DNA of 64,000 bases from Phoronis australis (taxonomy: Eukaryota; Animalia; Phoronida). The notes under the pieces were generated by a model that was not told the origin of the DNA, searched no databases, and worked only from the letters and a program-made list of their open reading frames with translations. Positions 50,353 to 63,316 of this stretch are shown here, in pieces; position 1 is the stretch's first letter, and the number at the start of each line of letters is the position of its first letter. A program made the position numbers and the translations under genes. The stretch covers positions 537,479-601,478 of the forward strand of contig NMRA01000186.1 in assembly GCA_002633005.1 (NCBI GenBank). Direction: 5' to 3'.

Positions 50353-51409
50353 GTGAGTATACCTAGGTTTAATGTTGGTTTTATCTGAATCTTCTTCATG
50401 CATTTCATTTCGATTTGCTGTCTAAAAAACAAAACTAAAGCAAGGTCAGTATCGTTACTAAATCTTGAAATTTCCTTACCGTAAAATCTTACAAATCCCA
50501 GCAAAAGTAGTTGCCGAAATTGCCTTTTTTTAACTTTTCATGGTCTTGTAACATTGCTGTAAACACCCAGAATTTTTCAAAATCTTGTCTGTTAGTAGCT
50601 ATGGTACAGTACTTGGGTATTCTTAAGCATCCTTCAGGCATTTTGTTTCATTCATAAAAAACGACAAAATAAAATTTTACTTGTCTGCCATGTTGGGTCC
50701 TAAATTTTGTTGGTGAGATTTTTCCAAACTTCCGGTAGGACTTCATTTCCATTGTTATAAGGAACATCCAGATATTTTTTGACTGATTCAGGATATTGTC
50801 CGACTTCCACCGTGGCCAGACTAGAATGAGGAGATTATGTAAACTTTAAAGGGACGTTCTCATTTTTATTGCCCGATATTTGTTGGATGGGACAGACTTT
50901 TTGAAGCTATTAGCCTTAACCAGATTCGAGCTATAAAACCATAAGATATTTGGGATTTCATTAAAAATCGCCAATTATTGCCGTTGCTTATAGTCAATGC
51001 TGCTGGCTTACCCATTTAACTGTGTTTAGAGTCTTTTGCCATTTATAGAGTTAGATTTAGATCAGCCAGCAGTGTGGTCTGAAATATTCTAAATTCAAAT
51101 ACGTGCTTGGGCATTTCAGTCTCAGAAAATTTTCTCACTGATAGTGTCAATTCCTTAATCATGATTTAACTTGCCAGATGATCGTTGCTAAATGAGTCGG
51201 CATGTGAGTTGAGGTTGCTCTTGCCAGTTTGCAACTATGTTTTCATACCCTGGTATGCTGTAAAATGGAAGAAGTTTAGACTAAGTCAAAATGGCTTCTC
51301 ATGGTATCATGTTACCATATCATTCCTTTCCATGACAGCATATCTATAGTTACGTCAATTTTAAAAAATGCTGTATACCGTTCAGGTGACTGTGAACTTA
51401 ATTTTTCAG

Positions 51410-52729
51410 GATTGCCAATCAAATGCCGACCAAAGCCAGAAGTTCGAGCAGGTGTGTATGTTAACCGGCTGAAAGGTTTTCTTCCTTCGTCTACAAGGCG
51501 CCATAGCATATTCCTCTCAGCTCCTGAATCGTCCATGAATACTGGCAACTCGCTGAAAACGTCTGACTTAACCACTACAGATTGGACAGTTGACAGTAAT
51601 GCTAGTCTGACTAGTGTTCCGGAAACTTGTCAATCGGATTCATTCATCCCCAATATTCCGGCTTCAGTACACTTCAACAGTCTTCCTTGTGACATTCCAA
51701 ATGGCTCTGAGAGCAATAACTCCTTTTATGCTTCTGTTTCCCAATCTTCTGACTCGTTTTACACTGAGAATGGCTTCGATGGTGTTTTTACAAGGCGTGA
51801 ATGTGATGTCAAGATGTTGCAAAAAGAACTTGAAAGGGAACGTGAAAAAAGCAATCAATTGGAGAAAACTGTGTCCATGATTCCTGAACTGCGTGTAATG
51901 ATGCAGAGAATGCATCAAGATAACTGGGCATTAAAGAAAGACGTAGAGAACTTACATAAGCAGCTGACTGTTGTTGCTAAGCAACGCGATGAGGCAGAGC
52001 TCGCTCTTCAGGCAGCCAGGGGTAAACAGGATGTAACAGACCGTAGACGGGCCGTACAGGAGTACAGAGATGAGACAAACTTTGGACGGTCAGTCTCAAC
52101 TGTTGATGCTGATGATTTTGTGATCTGTTTTGAAGAGAATAACTTGAATGGCGATGACCAGGAGGGGTCTACAGCAGCCATGTTGAGCAAAAGTGGAGGT
52201 TATGAGCAGCAGCAGGATAAGTGTGATACAGCTGAATTTAGGAATAATATGATGACGTCGTCACTGCCGGCTAAACTTAACAGGGACAGATCCAATACGC
52301 ATACAATGAAAACAGCAGCAAAAAAATTTTATGAGGTCGGTGGTAAAGTCTGCACTGATAGGAGTCAGAGCGATAATCCAAGGGTAAAAGCTACATGTAA
52401 GAGTGATGGCTGCTCAGACATGAGGGGTATGCCATCAGGCCAGACCGAAGTCAAATATGAAGATGCCACTCCACTAAAGGTCGGGCCTGGTCAGTCAAAG
52501 CACTACCCAGAATCAGATTTTACACCATTATTGAAGAGAAGAAGCTTGCCGATGTCATCAAGTTCAAGTTCGTCTGCTGCCGTTTACCGTGCTATGTTGA
52601 ACAGTTTTAAGGACACTCCTGAAGAAGTATTGGAGAAGTTAGGGCTATCTCTCACAGTAGAGTTATCTGCCTTTCAACAGGGGCCACCTGTGTTTGTAGC
52701 CGACAGGACAGGGAGAGAGTGGATTCTGG
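51410..52729 (+). CDS. ANK-pseudokinase gene, exon 4 (1320 nt; Ser-rich linker, coiled coil)
   Basis: within the 490-aa ORF; acceptor atttttcag|, donor G|GTGTGT, phase 1 to 1; heptad-like VKMLQKELEREREKSNQLEK...LKKDVENLHKQLTVVAKQRDEAELAL. Confidence 0.85.
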
Positions 52730-53106
52730 GTGTGTATTGTCTTCTTACAATTAACCTGTTAACTAACAAGTGACAAATACTAGTTTTCACTATGTTCACA
52801 GTACTAAGTTCAGAACAGAGAAAAGTCCCAAGTCTCCAAAGCGAGTACCAAAGTTAGACAATAGTTCCCCAGAGATTCGTGATGACTTTCAAACTTTGAA
52901 TACGTCCTGTCATGGGAAGAACAATTTTGAAATCCGATTTTTAAGTAAAAAGTCCAATTCGGTTTTTGTTTTTTTCGATAGCAACTTGACGATACTGTTT
53001 ATACTCGCAGCCTTTTCTCTTGGATGGGGGAACATTTTTTCCGTCATCTTTTCACTTTAAGCGTTGCTGATGTAGTTATGCTATATACATGTGGATTTGG
53101 TTCCAG

Positions 53107-53222
53107 GTAAAGACTTTGTTCTTGATCAGCTGGCAGCAGGCAATATAAAGAAGGATCGGCAGACTGGCATATGCTCCCTTTCTCTTGGTATATGTCACAA
53201 GAGCCATCCACTTGACCTGAAG
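53107..53222 (+). CDS. ANK-pseudokinase gene, exon 5 (kinase N-lobe, beta3 Lys)
   Basis: acceptor gtttccag|, donor AAG|GTAAGG; GKDFVLDQLAAGNIKKDRQTGICSLSLGICHKSHPLDLK. Confidence 0.85.
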
Positions 53223-54176
53223 GTAAGGTTTGTACCATACAATGGCTATGCCCTTGTGTATTTAGCTGGCTGCGTTTTCTCACAGAAATAATAGTTGGAC
53301 GCTGTCCAGTTTATTTTTGAAAAGCCCTGTATCTCTCTGGTGGGTTACAGTCGTACTCCTGAAATTTGTACCAAGGTGTCACTAAGCTTGTCTCACTTGT
53401 CAAAATTTCTTAGTAATGTGCTGCGGAATGACCTGTCTAGATAATTGCCAATTACACTAAAATCTCATCTGTTTCGGAAAAAAATATTGAAAATTAATCT
53501 TTTTTCATTTTTCAAAACAATTCTAACATTGCTTTGAATGCCCACAGTTTATCAAAACATTGTCTGATGTTATCTTATTGTGGTATAGAACTAAATGAAT
53601 AGATATCGTTTATTTGGTGTGTATGAAAAAATGTCATTCCTCTCTTCTGCCATGCTGTGACCTCGATTTGGTGAGATTTTACCTTACGTCTTTTGATATA
53701 AACTAGAAATCAAAGTTGTGCGTTAAAATGAATGTAACAAAAAGTTTGCTTGAAATCGAATTGGCAGAAAAGTCTAATAGCCATCGGTTGAAGCTTGATT
53801 TCACAGTTACTCGCCGTGCGCTTGTCTATACTCATGAATTGTGATAACTCAGTTTGCAGCTTGCATTGGTTTGTGTCACACACTCCCCTAAGACACAATG
53901 TGGTGAACAAGTAACACTTTCTTTTCTCAACTGAGAAGTGCCAAAGTTACGTTTTACCAAGTTCAAGTTTTGTGATGTAGCTCAATTCACTATTGAACAG
54001 TTAATGTTTTGAAAAATATAGTGAACGCACATTTCCAGCTGTTACAAAGTTTTGAGAACGAAAAAGATGATTATTGCAATTGATTTTTCTGCAATTATTT
54101 TGATCTTATCACACAGAGTAGTTATTTGTGCCAAAAATCAAAACATCCACTGTTCACTGCAGACGTGTTGTTACAG

Positions 54177-54353
54177 ATTATCTTCAGAGCATCGACAGAC
54201 CTCAGTTCATCCAGTTCTGACATTCATCTACCAGCACTGCGCCAGTTCCCTACAGAGTACGACACTCTACTTCAGCTAGTAACTCACCCCAACATTATGA
54301 GAATATGTCATTATTATCATGGCACTGTGGGCTCACTTCAACAGTTGTTAAAG
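54177..54353 (+). CDS. ANK-pseudokinase gene, exon 6 (alphaC, HPNI motif)
   Basis: acceptor gttacag|, donor AAG|GTATTT; ...PTEYDTLLQLVTHPNIMRICHYYHG; phase 0 to 0. Confidence 0.88.
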
Positions 54354-55452
54354 GTATTTTCTTATTGCCTCAACAGAGGGCAGTGCAGTGTTTCTGTAAT
54401 GTCCGATANNNNNNNNNNNNNNNNNNNNNNNNNNNNNNNNNNNNNNNNNNNNNNNNNNNNNNNNNNNNNNNNNNNNNNNNNNNNNNNNCACACAAATTTG
54501 GCTGCAGAGCGGTAGTATTTGTCGCCGCGCTTAACAATAACACGAGCCGCCATTGAAAATCAGAACACGCTTTACCCAGATGCCCCGGCAATGTTGACAA
54601 TTTACGTTCCTCCGAAACATAAAGACTTCCGCTTTCCGAGGTGAACGTCGTCTGCAACGCCGCGGTAAGAAAGGAATTTGCCGCGGAAATTTCATATCAA
54701 ATTCGATTTTTTTACTCGGAAATATTATAAAAAAAGCGGAAAGCACATTTCAAAAAAGCGGAAATCCGTGTTTCCGCGGAAAATTCCAAGCCCTGTAAAT
54801 TCTAGTTGCCACATAGTTCACTGTTTGATGGCTGCCGAGTATGCAGTGGTCCACTTTACAAAGACACATTATTTATTTTTTACTAAAACACTTTCAACAT
54901 TTTTAATTGAGTCGGAAAATAGGGGCACCCACAATACAAAAGGTCTCCCCAACAGCGTGTTTTAGTCATCAAGGTAGCACGATCTGGGATCTGTGGATTC
55001 GAGCTGGGGTTTTGGCCAGGTCGTAAAAGACGACCTGGGAATTTTCTGACTGTGTTCGGAGGGCTGTGCAGCATCACATTTACAACTGGATTGGCAAGAT
55101 TACGTCTTATAGCTTCGACCTATGTACTCTAATAAAACAAACCTCTTGAAGTAATTTTATCCAGGTTAGAAGCGATAGTGATGACACCAGGCTTTAGTCG
55201 ATGGCTGATATTGCACCTTATTGCTTAGAAGACTACTTTGTTCACAGGAACATATGGCTACGCTACATAGTAATGCAATAATACAATACCTCTGACTTTC
55301 ATTAATTTATACTCTATTCACTTTGATGGTGAAACATCTAGCACATTCTTTAAGTTAGGCTTAGTCGAAATTACATTATAGGAGCAAAGGAATACTTGGT
55401 ATCGATGTCCTGATAGCGGTGTGAATCTCATAATTTACTCTTTACTTTTCAG

Positions 55453-55846
55453 ATGGTCGTTTCCCAAGATTTTCATTTATCTACTCAGGGCTCAAATCAG
55501 TCTTTTTGCGTTGTGACAGAAAGGTATCCATACACGTTGCAAACGTTAACAGATAAAATGCTGTCAGAGGTGGCCAAGCGCAGCCAGCAGGACTGTGACA
55601 CGCGTTACAATGGCAGCATGCAGGACTTCATAGTAATCCCTCCATCCAGTAGCTTTTCGACATCTAGTGGCCAAGCAGTAGCATCACCTATTGTGAAGGA
55701 GACGAACTGTATGCCTGAGGACTTGCTGCTGTTGATATTGTATCAATTGCTGTCAGCTGTTAATCACTTGCTCTTGCATGGTGTAGTGCACAGAGACATT
55801 AAGCCAGACAGCATATACCTTGATCGACAACTGCGAGTTGTGCTAG
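55453..55846 (+). CDS. ANK-pseudokinase gene, exon 7 (hinge, alphaE, catalytic loop)
   Basis: acceptor cttttcag|, donor TAG|GTAAGT; CVVTERYPYTL...LLILYQLLSAVNHLLLHGVVHRDIKPDSIYLD...VVLG. Confidence 0.92.
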
Positions 55847-56657
55847 GTAAGTCAATCAGCCGTATCAACGAGGGCAGTTTCAGGTGGCAAACATGTACCA
55901 TTGTAGGTAATGTTGCAACATTTTCTACTCTTTTGTGCACAGGTCAAGCACGGGTGAAGACTGCCACCGAAATAACGCAAAGTAGTAACTTTTCCTCATT
56001 TCAAGGCATAGCCTTTAGTTTCTGTTATCAGCTGCGTTTACATTTTGGCTTTACAACTTTTATCAAATCTAAAACATGTGTATTAAGTGGTTACTTTTAA
56101 CTTCTTTAATCTGCACTTTGCCATTTAACTGTATAACGACAATCGAATTAAGCCTTTTATGATCGTAAAATTATTTCATAAAATTTTTAATGGTAAATAG
56201 GATTCTATTTCCATGATCAAGAAGAACATCAAGTCATTAGTGACTCAACATCAGAGTTTACTGTGGTTAGTTACCCCTAAAATTGTGCATTTGAAAATGG
56301 CTCACGTTGTATTGCTTGTTACTTTGGGCTCAGAAAACAATAAATCAAGATCCGATGTGTGTGGTAATGTGTTTCAGACACAATTTTAGTGCCGTAGAAA
56401 ATTCAACATTGACAGTTAAAGTGGGATGATAGGAAGCCCCAAGCCTCAATTCTTAGTTTCCTTTTGCCATTTTCTGTGCTACTTATTTCAAGGTATCTTC
56501 CAAATTGGTATCTGTATATGGATTGCCAAAAGAAAATCTTTGTCTTGATGACATTTGACACTGAGAAATTCATAATTTCATTTTCTGAGAAAAACTGACT
56601 AGCGTGTACATAAACGAAGTCGTTGCTCAGTGCCGGCCAACTGACCGTGTGTTTCAG

Positions 56658-56809
56658 GTAATTTTGGCCTGGCCAGGAGGCTGCTGACTCAAGATGGTCA
56701 AGACATTATGTACGTGACCTCTGACCAGATTACAGCTGGTAACCCTCTGTCATGGTCTCCAGAATTGACTCGGTTCAAGCAGGATGGTGTCAAGTGTACA
56801 TCTAAAGAG
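56658..56809 (+). CDS. ANK-pseudokinase gene, exon 8 (NFG, activation segment, SPE)
   Basis: acceptor gtttcag|, donor GAG|GTAAAT; GNFGLARRLLTQDG...AGNPLSWSPEL. Confidence 0.9.
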
Positions 56810-57312
56810 GTAAATTGAATTGCTCATGTTCTTATGTCGTCAAGAGATGCCTGTTGGGAATTCTGATTGTAAGCCCTCAGTTGCACATTTTCAAAACAAA
56901 TTTTTGGGCTGTCCAGTATCTCAAAAGTAGGTCTGACCTTATCCTTTCAGACATAGTGTGGGGTTATTGTTTTTGAAGCTGCATTTCGGCCCGTTTAGGT
57001 GGCTAAAAAACAATATTTAAAACATGAAATCAGTCTCTGAATATTTCTCATGATAGGATTCCATTCCCATTAACAAAATGAACATCAAAATTATCAGCCA
57101 CTCAAAAAAGCACTTCAGAGTTTATTGGGGTTGGCTTACCCTGAAATTGCAAATTTGAAAATGGCACATTGCCTGCAATAATAAATTAGTAGCAGAAATG
57201 GAAATCTTTTATCACAAGGAATATCAGGCCTATTTTGTGAGAGTAAAAGGCTAAGTTTGATTTTTGTTTTTAGTTAGCTAAACAGGGTGAAATGCTGCTT
57301 TAATGGGCCATT

Positions 57313-57525
57313 TGTCAAGTGACCTTGGTACAACTTTTGGGTGACCTTGGCACAACTTTTGGGTGACCTTGGCACAGATGTCAAGTGACATTGGCACCGC
57401 TGTCAAGTGACCTTGGCACAGCTTTCGAATGACCTTGACACAAACTCCAAATGACCTTGGCATGGCTGTCGATTGTGACCTTGGCACAGCTGTCGAGTGA
57501 CCTTGGCACTGTTGCCGAGTGACTC
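57313..57525. repeat. Minisatellite, ~22-bp unit (GTGACCTTGGCACAGCTGTCAA)
   Basis: about 9-10 imperfect copies. Confidence 0.88.
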
Positions 57526-58203
57526 CCAAGATATAACCCAAGATGTAGTAAAAATCTTGAGAGTCGGATCCAAGTGAACCAAAATATTTATTCAAGTAAG
57601 GTCAAATTTGACTTATTTGACGCGCCAAGTGTGTAAACTAGAACAACCATGCTGCAGAACTTTGTCATAGGTGATCCATTTCAAAAAGGTCTCATTTAGT
57701 TTCAACCCTAAGCGGCATTCGATTCCAAATGTGGATATCAATCTTACATCCTTGTTAAGCATTCACACAGTATTTTGTACCACATCACTGCATACCATTT
57801 ATAAACAACAATAAATACTTTAGGAGGATTGAAGTGCCGATACAATTTTGTTGTTTTTAACAAAATTTCCAAGAAAATCACACTGACCTTCTTTTCACAA
57901 GATATTTAATTTCAATAGCCAAACAATTCAGTGTACGATGTTGCAATTTGTTTCAGCCCTTGTTTTATTGCTAAGTCGTCACTCATGCTGATGTGCTGTA
58001 CGTGTTCTACACAAAAGGAACCTGTTAAAGAGAATTTATGAGACCATTGGTTCTTTTTCAAATATTTTAATGACGTACAAGGTGCCTTCAAACAGGTCAG
58101 GTTTCTTATGAAAAATCTGCCTTATGGAGGTTTGACTTGGGAGAATTTTTCTGTATTTTCCATATCACTTCAAAATACAATCTTATTAATTTTTTATTTC
58201 CAG

Positions 58204-58439
58204 GTATCACTAAGGAATGTCTACAGCCATGTCGATTGTTTCTCCATCGGACGCATGTTTTACTCTCTTCTACTACCCCAAGACAACTTCCCTTCACCCT
58301 CTCCATCGAAGCCTCATTATCGGGATGATGAAATCCCCCACCTGCCATTGTGCTACTCAGCAGGTGTTCGCAACATTCTCTTTGAACTAATCCTTGATAA
58401 TCCTGAGGATCGCTTGACCTGCCCTGTTGCCATGACAAG
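58204..58439 (+). CDS. ANK-pseudokinase gene, exon 9 (alphaF to alphaI)
   Basis: acceptor tatttccag|, donor AG|GTGAGC; YSHVDCFSIGRMFYSLL...YRDDEIPHLP...LILDNPEDRLT. Confidence 0.9.
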
Positions 58440-58909
58440 GTGAGCAATGCACATCACACTGCAATACTGAGCAAAGTATGAAGTCACAATGAAACTGGCA
58501 ATTGCACACTCAGGTTTGAACCACGCAGGCTGGCTACAATAACATCTCCCGAATTTAGACCAAAAATCATGGACAAAAACCCTAATTTTTTGTTTTTCAA
58601 GGTCTTTTAACTTTGTTATGAATGCCCACGATTTTTCAAAATATATTCTGATCGTAACTACGGTACAGAACTTGAGCATAGTAAAGCCTTAATTTGATCC
58701 TACACATTTCTTATGAAAAAATTAAATTTCTCTCTCATCTTCTGTACTGTGTCCATTAGGAGGTGACATTTTACCACAGACAGTTCCTTATAAAACATAG
58801 AAATCAAGCAACTTACCTAGTATAAGTATTCAGTACTATATATATCTGGGTGGGATTTTGCACAGTGAAACACAAACCAAAGTTTGTCACATTCTGTCAT
58901 TATGTTCAG

Positions 58910-59029
58910 GATTGGTGTGATGCTGTTTGGTCCAGCCAGGGAGGAAGTTAATAGTGTCAAGGATTGCACCATCTGGAGGCACGCAAGGATGATGAGCTTA
59001 ATAAGACACGCAAAGTCAAATAAGTCTGG
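58910..59029 (+). CDS. ANK-pseudokinase gene, exon 10 (LFGP C-terminal extension)
   Basis: acceptor atgttcag|, donor GG|GTAAGT; RIGVMLFGPAREEVNSVKDCTIWRHARMMSLI. Confidence 0.85.
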
Positions 59030-59200
59030 GTAAGTAGTCATCGTTGAGTTGGTCTAATAAGACCAGGTGAGTAGTCATTGTTGAGTTGGTCAAATAAGAC
59101 CAGGTGAGTAATCATTGCTGAGTTGGTCAAATAAGACCAGGTGAGTAGTCATTGTTCAGTGAGTCAAATAAGACTAGGTCAGTAGTCATCAATGAGCCAG
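59015..59200. repeat. 37-bp tandem repeat containing the exon-10 splice donor
   Basis: GTCAAATAAGACCAGGTGAGTAGTCATTGTTGAGTTG, about 5 copies. Confidence 0.9.
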
Positions 59201-59853
59201 TCGAATGAGGCAGGGAAAGTACAGTTATCATAGGCGGATTTAGGGGGGGGCCCGGGCCCCCCCCCCTTGGNNNNNNNNNNNNNNNNNNNNNNNNNNNNNN
59301 NNNNNNNNNNNNNNNNNNNNNNNNNNNNNNNNNNNNNNNNNNNNNNNNNNNNNNNNNNNNNNNNNNNNNNNNNNNNNNNNNNNNNNNNNNNNNNNNNNNN
59401 NNNNNNNNNNNNNNNNNNNNNNNNNNNNNNNNNNNNNNNNNNNNNNNNNNNNNNNNNNNNNNNNNNNNNNNNNNNNNNNNNNNNNNNNNNNNNNNNNNNN
59501 NNNNNNNNNNNNNNNNNNNNNNNNNNNNNNNNNNNNNNNNNNNNNNNNNNNNNNNNNNNNNNNNNNNNNNNNNNNNNNNNNNNNNNNNNNNNNNNNNNNN
59601 NNNNNNNNNNNNNNNNNNNNNNNNNNNNNNNNNNNNNNNNNNNNNNNNNNNNNNNNNNNGCAGTACTGAATCAGATTAGACTGAGGATTAAGCAATCAAT
59701 GCTGAAATTGTCAAATGGGGCCAAGCAAACAATCAGTGCTGCATGTGATATTTGACTCTGTCTTAGTACGCTCATCTCATTTTACAAGGCCAAAATTATT
59801 TTTATAACCCACTTTTGTGTCAAATAAATTAAGTTCTCTGTTCTTGCCTCTAG

Positions 59854-59995
59854 GCTCATTTCAGACTCGTTCACAGTTCAGGAATGCGTAGAGTCTGTCT
59901 CTCCAGAGGTGGAGAGGCACTTTGTGCTGGAATCAAAGGGTGAAGATATTTGGAATGCGTACCGTTGGCTAGTGTCCCTAGAAGATGCACCGTGA
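59854..59995 (+). CDS. ANK-pseudokinase gene, last coding exon
   Basis: acceptor gcctctag|, phase 2; GLISDSFTVQECVESVSPEVERHFVLESKGEDIWNAYRWLVSLEDAP*; followed by T-rich 3'UTR-like sequence. Confidence 0.82.
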
Positions 59996-61827
59996 TCTGG
60001 TTTAGTGGTGTTGCTGTTGCTGTAGTAGATTATGTATTGCCGACATGTATTTCACTCAAGAACCCTAGTTAGTGTTACAAAATCTGTGCTCGCACATCCC
60101 GAGGTCATAACTTGTGTCACTATTTCCTTGGGACACGTGTATTTCAGTGGTGAGTTCCATTATTTGTTTCTGAATTTGTTAGGAGAAATGAATTCAAATG
60201 ATGAAATAAGACAAGCAGGTCACAATTCTAGTTTTCCACAATTGTGTTATGTCGTGGGTCAAGGTCGTAGGTGATAATTGTGGTGTACGAAACCTTATCA
60301 AAATTTTGTTATTTCAGTTTGAAGGAGACTCCGAAAGTGCATGAAGTCTCAATTTGAAGTTCACTATTAAAATATCTGCTCAAGTTTTTGTGAAACTAAT
60401 TGTGCATTTTGTTCATATCAGAACTTTGTTTATGAAGTAATAATGGTTGCATGTGGGGTATTTTTGTCAATTTCTTTAAAAAATGAGTGACATTTGGAAT
60501 GGTAACTCTTCACTCATTGAGCACACAATATGGCCGACGAGTGAAATTCTATTTACTCACACATTTCCACAAAAATAAAGATCAAGGAAAGTGTAGTCCA
60601 TTATAAGCATAGTTTGTACTGAGTAGATGGCATAAAAAACTGTTGGTGAATTCTCCATTATTTGCTGTAGTTAGTCTTTGAAAAACGTAAAAACAATTTT
60701 GGCAATTATTTCCGCGCGAAATGAGTGGTGAGTTTCCATATTTCCCATTTAAATGAATAGTTGTGGAGAAGGACGAGCGCATTGTTACGTTGCTTGTGTT
60801 TTATTTATTTTTTGTTAATGTTGACCAGCAATAATTAGCTAGATGTTATTATGGAGACAGATTGACCAGGCTCTTGTTTCAAGAGTTGATCGTTGAATAA
60901 GTTTAACGTATTAACTATTAAAATGTTGTTTATTCAATGTTGAATTCATTCATACATCATGTGTTATGGTATTGTACTTAATGTCATGCAAAATGATTTG
61001 ACTATGCTTTTCACCAAGACCACTGTGATATTCTCAGGCCAAGAATAGGCATAAAAAACCTCAATTTAGAGCACTGAAATTTGATTTGGCAAGTATCACT
61101 TCAAAAATAAATGAAAATTAGTTTTTCAGGGGTGGTCGTCATAGAATTTCAGCATCATAAGTCAGGAGGCTACAGAGAATTTGTACTGTTGACTCAGTTT
61201 GTATTGTTAAGCATCAATTAACATACAGCTGCTCAGCTCTGTTTTAACACAAAAAGCACAAAAATGGTTCCTGGTGATCAATGCAATGGGCCCACATGAG
61301 CGGCCTGCATACGTCTCGTATGTGTACCACAAAGCCAGCAATGGCCCACAACCACTTTAAGTCCTGGGTGGGAATTTGTATTATATATTGAAGTTTTTGT
61401 TGTGTTCACCAATTGCACACCACTTTTTCAAGACATTTTCTACTCCCGAGCTTTAGTATATTAAGTAATTTGGACGTTCATATACCATTTTTGCTCCAAT
61501 TTTGACTTGGGCAAAAACACTTCAGCTGCAGCTTTGACATTTCATAATGGTTCAGGTTTCAAATAATTAAGAAATGGGTATAATGAGCTCCTTTCAAGTC
61601 ACAATGCATGCAACTCAAGACAGTGTTAAGGTAAAAAGAGAGTTTATTATGTGTGTTATACTTAAATATCTTGATCAGATACATGACAAGGTTACAGTTA
61701 TTACATATAACTAATGAATTATGTTAAAATTGATTGCCGATTCGTTTTAATATGTCGTTTCTTCTGTTATTAACATCATCAGTTGGATATGGTTATTTGT
61801 TGCTGTTGTGATTTTATTAACAAAATT

Positions 61828-61833
61828 AATAAA
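61828..61833 (+). terminator. Candidate polyadenylation signal of the ANK-pseudokinase gene
   Basis: AATAAA at the end of a T-rich tract; strand composition flips soon after, and a minus-strand AATAAA at 62015-62020 suggests a convergent 3' end. Confidence 0.4.
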
Positions 61834-63316
61834 CTGGATTGCACCAATTGTTTTCACAACTGTGTCCTGATAAAAATAAGTTCATTGCTGAAAGCGACAC
61901 GATATATTTGCAGAAGCATTTCTGTCATTCCTCTAACAGTCATTAAGAATTTTCAGTGACACGAATGGCAAATCGCATTCCAGAAAATAAAGACACACTG
62001 AACTTTCGAAGTGTTTTATTGAGAACTTTTACAGCATTCACACATCATTAGATCAGAAGGTAGATTGATCTGCTATTTGAAAAAACATTCGCACATGGAA
62101 ACATGCCTGCCGTCTTTCTATGAAAAAGCTAAATTCCAGTGACATAGTGTTAAGTCTTAGCTAGCTCATCATGGTCACACGTGACTAGCCAGAATATCAG
62201 ATATTTGATATGTTAATGTTCTGCTAATTATTCTTAAGAATGATTGGAAGCATTTGTCGTGAAAGCATTTTCGACTGATATACCTTCTGACTGGTCAGAC
62301 ATTCTACACTCATGAAAAAAAAACCTGAATACTGCATTATTCTGAGCAGCATTAACAAAGAATTGCTAACAATGGATAACAGAATTTAAATGTATGAAGA
62401 TATAGTAATATCTCGCTTATTTCAGACAAATATATATTTTTTTTTCATTTTCAAAGGCTTGTAACATTGTGTGAAATGTCCATAGCTTTTCAGTTTTTGC
62501 AGTTTGTACGTATGGTACAGAACTTAGGCAATACGCTATTTTGGCACTATATACCATTGATGAAAAACTTCACCCGTCCACCATACTGTGTTATAATTTG
62601 ATGACACTTTACAGTAGCTGTAGAAGTCTGAACAATACAAGTAAGGATTCAACAGACACATAATTCACTAACTCCACAATGATTACAAGGGCATTCTGGT
62701 GAAGGTAAATGATTGATGAAACACTGCTAAATGTCTTGACTGACCTGCACATACCTTACTCACCATATTGGTGCACCGGATCACCATCAACAAATCAATA
62801 GGTACTTAACTAACTCTCAGCATTTCAAATACTGTACATGGAATTCCTCATTTATTGAGCACAAAACATGGCCGAAATTCTATAGTCAAATTTTCCACAA
62901 AAATAAGATTAAGGTAATTTTAGTCCATGATTTGTACATTATAGATGTCATAAAAAAATTTTATTAAATTTTCCATCTTTTGCAGTCAAGTGTTGAGCCT
63001 TTGAAAAACGGAAAAGGTGTCAATTTTGGCAAGTATGTTTGTGCAAAATAAGTGGGAAATTACCGTAATTTGATTGGTATTCATAACTTTTATTACTCAA
63101 ACCGATGACAAAATAAATACACATAAAAAGGCAAAGCCTTAACATACAGAGCTACAATTTCTCTCAATTTCATTACTATGTTATGCATTATATGACCATT
63201 CTCATAAGCCCAGCACATGCGTTGTGATTTCCTTTATCAGCGACAGTGACGACTCCCGCCTGGACTGGCCTTTACTGTAACGACGTGTGGGTCCGAATGC
63301 CGGACTAATCATCCAT

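Noticed and set aside
51301-52773. 490-aa ORF as a stand-alone gene
   Set aside because: Phase-compatible splice sites at 51410 and 52729 make it an internal exon; the ORF ends are intronic
59240-59755. Long ORFs of 151 and 162 aa (similar ones at 54305-54657)
   Set aside because: Artefacts of translating through N-gaps
59993-60030. Selenocysteine or readthrough at the TGA stop
   Set aside because: No TGA-CTAG context, only a short extension to TAG, and no SECIS recognised downstream
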